DNA of 64,000 nucleotides from Octopus vulgaris (taxonomy: Eukaryota), in contig OX597826.1 of the NCBI GenBank assembly GCA_951406725.2, positions 28,148,001-28,212,000 on the forward strand, given 5' to 3'. The translations under genes were made by a program, and so were the position numbers. Within the stretch, counting starts at the first letter, position 1. Each line of letters opens with the position of its first letter. The notes below the pieces were generated by a model. It was not told the origin of the DNA. It saw only the letters and a list, made by a program, of their open reading frames with translations, and searched no databases. This document shows positions 54,801 to 64,000 of this stretch, in pieces.

Positions 54801-55512
54801 CCAACCCAGGAAGCAGATGCGATGTCTGCTTAATGTAGCAATTACTGTGGAATTTATTGTAACTTACATCTGGATAATTAAGTTCACACGGCACATTGAT
54901 GAGTAACACTCAGGAGTACCCTACATTTAAGGGTACGCAGTGCATCGACAACTCACCAAAGCCCTAATTTTTTTTTATTTAATTTGTAATTACGACAAGG
55001 AAACGATATCTTTTCTATTTCTTTCCTTATCAAAACACTTAAAGTTTCCTTTTTTCTTTTTAGTATTATTTGTAATAAATTACTCACGTTTTGAACAGTT
55101 TATTTTCTCTTTTTAATAAATGTTTCAAATTTTAGCAAAAGAACAGTAATTTTGAGACGAGAGGAAAGTTAGTCAAGTACATCGAACTCCAGTACTCAAC
55201 TGGTACTTTATTTTATCGATCCCGAAAGGTTAAAAGTCAAAGTCGACCTCGGCGGAATTTGGATCTAGAACGTAAAGAGCCGGGTGAAATGCTGATGAGC
55301 ATTTGTTCGACGCACCAACAGTTCTGCCAGTTCACAGCATTTTGTTATAATTCTTTCTCCTATTAAATAAAGGCCTCATATGTTCTGTGGGGGTGGGGTG
55401 TCAAGTCGATTATATCGACCCCAATGCACAACTGGTATTTATTTCTTCGACGCCGAAAGGATAGAAGGCAAAGTCGACCTCGGTGGCACTGCACGTGTTT
55501 GCGCGCGCCAGT

Positions 55513-55586
<74 letters not shown>

Positions 55587-55625
55587 CAGACACACACATA
55601 TATATATTACACATATATATGTTAT

Positions 55626-55655
<30 letters not shown>

Positions 55656-55656
<1 letters not shown>

Positions 55657-55941
55657 AATATGAATTGACGGAATGAGATATAAAAAAAAAAACAAGGCAG
55701 TAAATAGATTTCATAACATTTATCAAGAAAAGGTCTTACAACAGTTTCCGGGATATTTTATATATCCTTTCATCAGAGACGGTGAGAGTAAATGTTAATA
55801 CTCAAACATTTTCTCGCCCCGTCTTTGATGAAGGGATATATAAAATATCCCGGAAACTGTTGTAAGACCTTTTCTTGATAAATGTAATGAAATCTATTTA
55901 CTGCCTTGGTGTTTTTTATCTCATTCTGTCAATTTATATAT
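55656..55941. mobile_element. PLE-like palindrome (arms about 130 bp) with divergent minimal hammerheads at 55733-55780 (-) and 55821-55868 (+)
   Basis: GTCT-(C/T)TGATGA-A-GGGATAT ATAAA ATATCCC-G-GAAA-CTGTTG-TA-AGAC on both arms. Confidence 0.75.
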
Positions 55942-56083
55942 ATGCATACTTATACATAACCCACGTTGGACTCCTCACTCGTATCATTATCGAGCCTGGA
56001 GCTTAACCATGGTCTATCCATAGCACTTACTAAGAGTTACCCGACACTTTTTGGGTCTTCCTGACACTAATACATTTCATACC

Positions 56084-56205
<122 letters not shown>

Positions 56206-56213
56206 TTCTTTCT

Positions 56214-56277
<64 letters not shown>

Positions 56278-56282
56278 TGTGT

Positions 56283-56833
56283 GTAGCACTTTCGAGTGCT
56301 ACTGGTGACATGTAACCCAGTACAACATGTTGCATGGTCGGGTCGTCGGCGACTAAACCGGCAACCCTACCAAGCTTGCTTGGTGAGGAGGGTGTTTACT
56401 GGACACCCCGTGGGATGAAAAACAAAACCCGTCAAAGGGTGGAGGAACTCTTGAGGGTCAACGGCCATCCAATAAAAGTCTTAAGGCTGTATCATGCGCG
56501 GGGATATAGAAATAATCGGACTGAATACCCGATCGCACGGTTAAACCATATGGAGTGAAGGACTCATAGCCTTTGTAAGGGTATCCTTCTAGGAGAAGGT
56601 AACTCAGGTAACTGGGATAACTCCGACATAAAACCTGTGGTTCAGTGGTTACCGATGATGTTGACTTGTTCTTTTTTTCGGATTATAGCTGCTGTTGTTT
56701 AGTGAGTGGGATTGACTCAGTGCATAGCCTTTCCTCATTTGGAAAAAAAATCTTCTTGCACAGGCATTGCACGATAACAACATTGATTAAGCTTCGTGCA
56801 ATGGCCATACTCGATAACGAGGGGGCAGCCACC
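56283..56833 (+). mobile_element. Non-coding bipartite RTE-derived non-autonomous element; second 5' fragment at 57241-57410
   Basis: Multi-hairpin 5' region, RTE-5'UTR-like CTAGGAGAAGGTAACTC, and a 3' tail CAATGGCCATACTCGATAACGAGGGGGCAGCCA similar to the RTE tail at 6676-6710. Confidence 0.65.
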
Positions 56834-56849
56834 ATGTATATACATACAT

Positions 56850-56937
<88 letters not shown>

Positions 56938-57010
56938 GTATATATATGTATGTATGTATATATATGTATGTATGTATGTATATATATATATGTATGTATA
57001 TATATGCATG

Positions 57011-57048
<38 letters not shown>

Positions 57049-57055
57049 TGTATGT

Positions 57056-57096
<41 letters not shown>

Positions 57097-57588
57097 TATG
57101 TATGTATATATATATGTATGTATATATATATATGTATGTATATATATATGTATGTATATATATATATGTATGTATATATATACATGTGTGTGTATATGTT
57201 TGTGTGTCTGTGTTTGTCCTCCCAACATGTATGTATGTATGTAGCACTTTCGAGTGCTACTGGTAACATGTAACCCAGTACAACCTGTTGCATAATCGGG
57301 TAATCGGCGTCTAAACCGGCAACCCCACCAAGCTTGCTTGGTGAGGAGGGTGTTTACTGGACACCCTGCATGATGAAAAACAAAACCCGTCAAAGGGAGG
57401 AGGAACTGGTGTGTTTACGTCCCCATAAGCTAGCGATTCGGCAAAAGGGACCTATAGAATAAGTACTAGGCTTACAAAGAATAAGCTCTGGGGTCGATTT
57501 GCTCAACTAAACGTGATCTTCCAGCATGGCCGCAATCAAATGACATAAACAGATAAAAGAGTAAAGAGTATATAGGTGTGTGTGTGTG

Positions 57589-57657
<69 letters not shown>

Positions 57658-57846
57658 GTCCCACTGGTCAGGACACCAGTTTGTCGCAGGATTACAACTT
57701 TTCGCTAGCTGAGTGGACAGGAGCCACCTGAAATGAATGATTCCGTCAAGAACACAAAGCATTGTCTGGTCAAGGAATACAAACCAGAATCTTAAGATCA
57801 TGAGTGCAACACGCTAACAGATGAGCCACGTTTTACCACAATAGAG

Positions 57847-57901
<55 letters not shown>

Positions 57902-57962
57902 CAGACAGACAGACAGATTGATAGACAGACAGATTGATAGACAGATAGATAGACAGACAGGC

Positions 57963-57995
<33 letters not shown>

Positions 57996-58058
57996 AACGC
58001 ATCTTTAAATACAAATATATATTCATATAGACACATATATATGCGTCAATATATATAT

Positions 58059-58091
<33 letters not shown>

Positions 58092-58439
58092 TATATATAC
58101 ATGTATATATATATTTATACATACACACACACACACACAAACACGTTAATAATATTCTAACCCTCCAAGGAGAGGCAAAGTCTTCGTAACTCTCCGGCTT
58201 TGGAAAGCAAAAAGCCAGCAAATCAGATTCCACGTTTGTTCTTGTGTGACACGATTCCTCATTATTATTCCTTTGTTTGTCTGCCATTCTATTTTATTTT
58301 GGATTTTTCCTGGAATATAATTACTTTTCAGATACGATTTTTGTTCCTGTAGATCGAAACGTACATTATTTTACATATATTTTTATTTAGCAATTTATTC
58401 CAGCCAACGCATACAAACATACAAACATACATACATACA

Positions 58440-58473
<34 letters not shown>

Positions 58474-58575
58474 CATACATACATATATACATACATACGT
58501 ATGTATCCATGTGTATGTATGCGTGTATGTATGCGTGTATGTATATATGTGTGAATGTAAATATAATTATATGTA

Positions 58576-58612
<37 letters not shown>

Positions 58613-58613
58613 T

Positions 58614-58668
<55 letters not shown>

Positions 58669-58839
58669 ATATATCTTTATACACAAACACTCACATACAT
58701 ATACACATAAATATGAAAATATATATTTATATGTATGGATGCATACATATCAACAGACATATATATGTTCTCGTATATACAGAGATAGGCAGATAGATAC
58801 GTATCGTTATTATTATTATTATTTTATTAGTACGCAAAG

Positions 58840-58880
<41 letters not shown>

Positions 58881-58881
58881 A

Positions 58882-58919
<38 letters not shown>

Positions 58920-58998
58920 GCTGTACAGTATCTCCTCCTGCATACAGATGTGTGTGTCTGGATTTATGTAGGTGTATGAGTAAGTATACAGGTAAGTG

Positions 58999-59031
<33 letters not shown>

Positions 59032-59079
59032 ATGCGTAGTTGTGAATGCCTGGATATCTTTCTGTACATGCGTATCTAT

Positions 59080-59129
<50 letters not shown>

Positions 59130-59352
59130 GAGAGAGAGAGAGACATGCCGTATATACCTACATACGCAGATTTATATAAGTGTAATCAGGCATATATATA
59201 TATAGACATGTGCATAGATACATACATACATACATACATACATACATACATACATACACACAACACAGAGAAACCTACAAGCACTTGCACAGAACAAATA
59301 TATTTACGTATATTAATGCAGAAATATTTATATACACATACGCACACATTCA

Positions 59353-59384
<32 letters not shown>

Positions 59385-59453
59385 CGTGTGTGCATACACG
59401 TATACATACAACCTAACATGATACATACATAAATACATGCATACAGATATACT

Positions 59454-59485
<32 letters not shown>

Positions 59486-60316
59486 TACATAGAGGCAGTC
59501 ATATTTGCATACATATATATATATACATTCATTCATTCATACATACTTACTTACATACTTATATACATACATACATACATTCATATATACATATATATAT
59601 GCATATATATATATATGCATAGAGGCAGTCATACATATATATACATTCATACATATATAACCATATACACATACATACATACATATATAACCATATACAT
59701 ATACATACATACATACATGCATACATACATACATACATGCATACATACATACATACATACATACATACATACATACATACATACATACATACATACATAC
59801 ATACATACAACCAGACTTTAAATACATACATACGTAGATGATTGCAAAAGAAGCCAATGAGACAGACAATATGTTTCGCTAGAATTCGCTATTCTAACAT
59901 TGGATAAAGATTTTTCCATTAATATGGAAATTTCATATTTTCCGAATATGTTGGTGTCTCCTAGAATTTCCGTCCCTTCCTGTTCTGCTGGGAATTGAAT
60001 CTTTGGCTCGTTAATGCAGAAACCTTCGATATGTTGAATAATCGCCGTCGCCATCGCGAACGCCACCGCCACCACCACCAACAGCGACGTTGTCATCACC
60101 ACCACCACCACCATTACTATCATTGCCAGAATCGTCACTAAAACCACCACCAAAACCACCACCAACGTCGACGTCGTTGTAGCATCGTTATCATCATCAT
60201 CATCAGCAGCAGCATCGCCATTACCACCACCATAATCGTCATCATCATCATCATCATCACTACAATCTTCATTATCGCCGTCGTTATCATCCTCATCGTC
60301 ATCATCGTCATCATCG

Positions 60317-60357
<41 letters not shown>

Positions 60358-61173
60358 GTCGTCATCATCGTATACTTCATCTCCACACTGCTACCGCTTA
60401 CTCATCAGTGTGTTCCCCAGCTCCACCACAGCCTCCACCCTACTCCAGTAATGGCTATCGTGGGGTCAGCTGACCATTATCGATGCGTACATCATTTTTT
60501 ATCATTGTCGTTGATACTAGGAACCTCATCCTCATTAAGAACTGCATCATCAATACACCACCACCACCACCATCATCATCATTATCACTGCCATCATCAT
60601 CATCATCATCATCGCTATATAAACCATTGATACGCTTCATCTTTGTAACCTTCAGCATGTCACTAACATCACCAGGAATTATACTCTTATTAACTATATC
60701 GAATTTGTTAAAAAGGTCCCATAAGACAGAAACAAGTCCACTACTTCCACCTGTTGACGTTCAATACTGGTTCCCGTTTAATCTATATTGCCTATATTAA
60801 TTCCAATATTTTGATCAGTTGATCTTCTGGATGGTCACTTTTAGATTTTAATGAATATTTGTTACTTAACTATTAATTTGCTTGCTTGATCTTTGTTCAT
60901 TGAAGTTTTGAACCTAGTGTACTTCAAGTGTGACACTCTGTTGCGTGTTTATTCAACATGAAGTGGGTACTCCTGATTTATTTGCTCTCAGAGAGATATT
61001 ATTGAAAGCTGATGTCATGTTATTTCCCCTCTTTCTCTCCCCCCTCTCTCTCTCTTTCTCCCTCTCTCTCTCTCTCTCTCATATGTATATATATATATGC
61101 ATATGCATGCAGAGACACATAGATATGTACAGATATTTATACATATATATAGATACTCATAGATATAAATTTT

Positions 61174-61208
<35 letters not shown>

Positions 61209-61225
61209 AATATATATATATATAC

Positions 61226-61261
<36 letters not shown>

Positions 61262-62125
61262 AATATATATATATGTATATTAAGGCAACGATTACAGAAA
61301 GAAATCAGCACAGGAGGGACAAGTTATATAACAAATGTATTCGTTTAACATTTAAAAGGAAGAGAAAGAATCTGACGTTTCGAACGCTAATCGTTCTTCG
61401 GAGAAAAGATGGAGAAACTACGCACACACACACACACACACACACACTTATACACATAGACACACATTCTCACATTTACACGCTTGTGACTGTACACACG
61501 TATTTACAAACACATTTGGACACACACACACACACACACACATATAGACACACATACACACACATGCACTCTTATGGCCACACACACGTACAACATATAT
61601 TAACACACAGGTTCACACTTCGACATACAGTTATATACCTGACCCCTCAAATATGTGCGTTTATATACACATACACAGAAAACACACATACAAACACATC
61701 TACACACATACATACATATATACATACACACTTATGCACCTTCACAGCCACAAACGTTATACATCGACATCGAAATATACACACAGTCCCACCTACACAT
61801 ACACATGCACTTGTTTGAACCCCAATATATATACATATATACACACAGACACATAACTAGAGCCCATACGCACACACATAACTAGAGAAGTATTCACACA
61901 CACACACATTTGCACACACATACACACACTGATACGCAGGCACACGCATACACCTAGACACCACAGCAGACATTCCAGGGTAGACCGCAAACCTATGAAT
62001 CACCCACGTAGATAACCATTAGCTAAAGATGACTCAGTCGACAGCTTCTCTGGCATCAAGCAGTCCTGTCCCGAAGAAGACAGCCACCCCCTTTGTCTAC
62101 CCTGAAATCATAATAGGGCACATGC

Positions 62126-62169
62126 ATAACAACAACAACAACAAAAACAGTAACAACAACAACAACAAC

Positions 62170-62210
<41 letters not shown>

Positions 62211-62532
62211 TGATGATAATAATATTAATAATAATAATGATGATGATAATAATATTAATAATAATAATGATGATGATAATAATATTAATAATAATAATAA
62301 TAATGATGATGATAATAATATTAATAATAATAATAATAATAATGATGATGATGGTGATAACGATGACCATAATGATGATGATGATGACAATAAGAAAAAG
62401 AATTGTAAGAGTGGTGAGCAGTAATGGTTGCGTTACTGGTGGTGGTGATGGTAGTGGTGGTATTGATGGCGGTGGTGGTGGTGAGTTAGTAATACTTTTG
62501 ATGGTGGTCATTATTGTGACAATGTGGTGGTG

Positions 62533-62594
<62 letters not shown>

Positions 62595-62790
62595 GGGAGG
62601 AGGAGGAGGAAGAGTAGGAGAAGTGGTGGTGGTGGTGGTGGTGGTAGTTATTGTCGTAGAAGGGTAATATTAGTGATGATTTTGTGTATGTTGGTGATGC
62701 ATGTAGTAGTAGTAGTAGTAGTAGCAGTAGTGGTGGTGGTGGTGGTGGTGGTGGTGGTGGTGGTGGTGGTGGTGGTAGTGGTGGTGGTAG
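62126..62790. repeat. Compound trinucleotide microsatellite block (AAC/AAT/GAT, then GGT/AGT)
   Basis: Direct reading; includes a higher-order unit of about 30 bp, GATGATGATAATAATATTAATAATAATAAT. Confidence 0.9.
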
Positions 62791-63642
62791 CAGCCAGAAG
62801 AAGAAGAAGGCTTTGAAATACGGGGTGAGGGTGTTGATTAGTCGTCGAGCTCATACTTGTTACTGTTGCATTCATCTCCAGATCAAACATAGTAGAAGAT
62901 ACTTATGATAAATTACAATCCATCCATGACCATCCCGTATTTCTAGAGATATATAGATCTAGATTTAGAACGGATCCATCCCCATTATTCAGAAAATTTA
63001 AAAATAGTACGACGTGTGATTTGAAGGAATGTTTGGTTCTTATTTCCAGCTTATCAAAAAACACAGCCCTCCCTCTCTCTCTGGTGCATTATGATTATAG
63101 CACCTACGTAATGGAGTGAAAAATAAAATATTTAAAATTGAAATTGAACATGGAAACGATCAACAGAAAAGGACGAGGGACAAATATTCACTGAAATCCT
63201 CTCATCAGCCGTGGAAACCAGATTCAGCATAGTTTCGGCATGTTTAAAATGTTTAACTAGGCTAATGATATGACGAGGTGACGAACAAAGATGCCGTGGA
63301 ATAACATCGTAGAAGCCATTAATTCAAGCGAACTTCTAAGCAATTTGTCCATACTGTTTGCATTTTGTAATGATGCAACGATTTTGATAATATTTTATCT
63401 TTTATTGTTTACTTGTTTCAGTCACTGAAATGTAGCCATGCTGGAACACCGCCTCGAATGATTGTTCAGTTGAGCAAATCGACCCAGGACTTATTTCTAC
63501 AGTTTTGTTTGCATTCAGTCGATCTTACGGAAACGTAAACAAGGCAACAGTGACTATGAAGCGGAGATAGTGACATAGAAAGACACAGAAACAAGGAATC
63601 ATATATATATTTGTATATATACATGCACTTTCTCTCACACCC

Positions 63643-63689
<47 letters not shown>

Positions 63690-64000
63690 TATGGGGGGTG
63701 TATGTGTGTGTATATAGATATGTTTCTTTATTAGCCACACAGGGTTGAACGCAGAAGGGACAAATTACAAAGTAGAGTAAACCCTTCCAGATCATGAGAA
63801 GAACATTTTCTTGCATCATGTTACAGCAAACCAATGATAAAACTTGTGTCATAATTTCTCCTCCATTTGCTCTATACATCTTACCAGTAATACAATTAAA
63901 TATAACAGTGACCAAACCACTAAACTGGAGGGAAACTGAACGATGATAATCTACTCAGAGCTCTAAACGTAATCGTAGATGTCGTACATCTAAGTGTACA

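Noticed and set aside
53853-54838. 283-aa and 207-aa hydrophobic ORFs
   Set aside because: They arise from a C/T-only tract lacking stop codons.

Overview
Eukaryotic DNA, almost entirely repetitive. The microsatellite load ((TA)n, (CA)n, (TACA)n, (GATA)n, (TAA)n) and the SINE families look like an incirrate octopus (Octopus) genome; this is recognition of repeat families, not a database result. No intact host gene could be established, and nearly all ORFs in the track are microsatellite translations. Recognisable content: three tRNA-derived SINE families; decayed DNA transposons (TRT/DD37E-like Tc1, maT DD37D, mariner fragments, MITEs, a Helitron, a Merlin-like MITE); and LINE remnants (Tx1/L1-like, RTE, two RLE-type). 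The most interesting feature is a very young 2.5-kb insertion at 11948-14434. It consists of near-identical 491-nt monomers in two divergent tandem arms. Each monomer carries a complete type I hammerhead ribozyme with an unusually long helix II and folds extensively with G-U pairs on one strand only. It is a candidate non-LTR retrozyme (a retrotransposed, viroid-like circular RNA). Several other families with minimal Penelope-type hammerheads, and a shared 19-nt motif, occur across the window.
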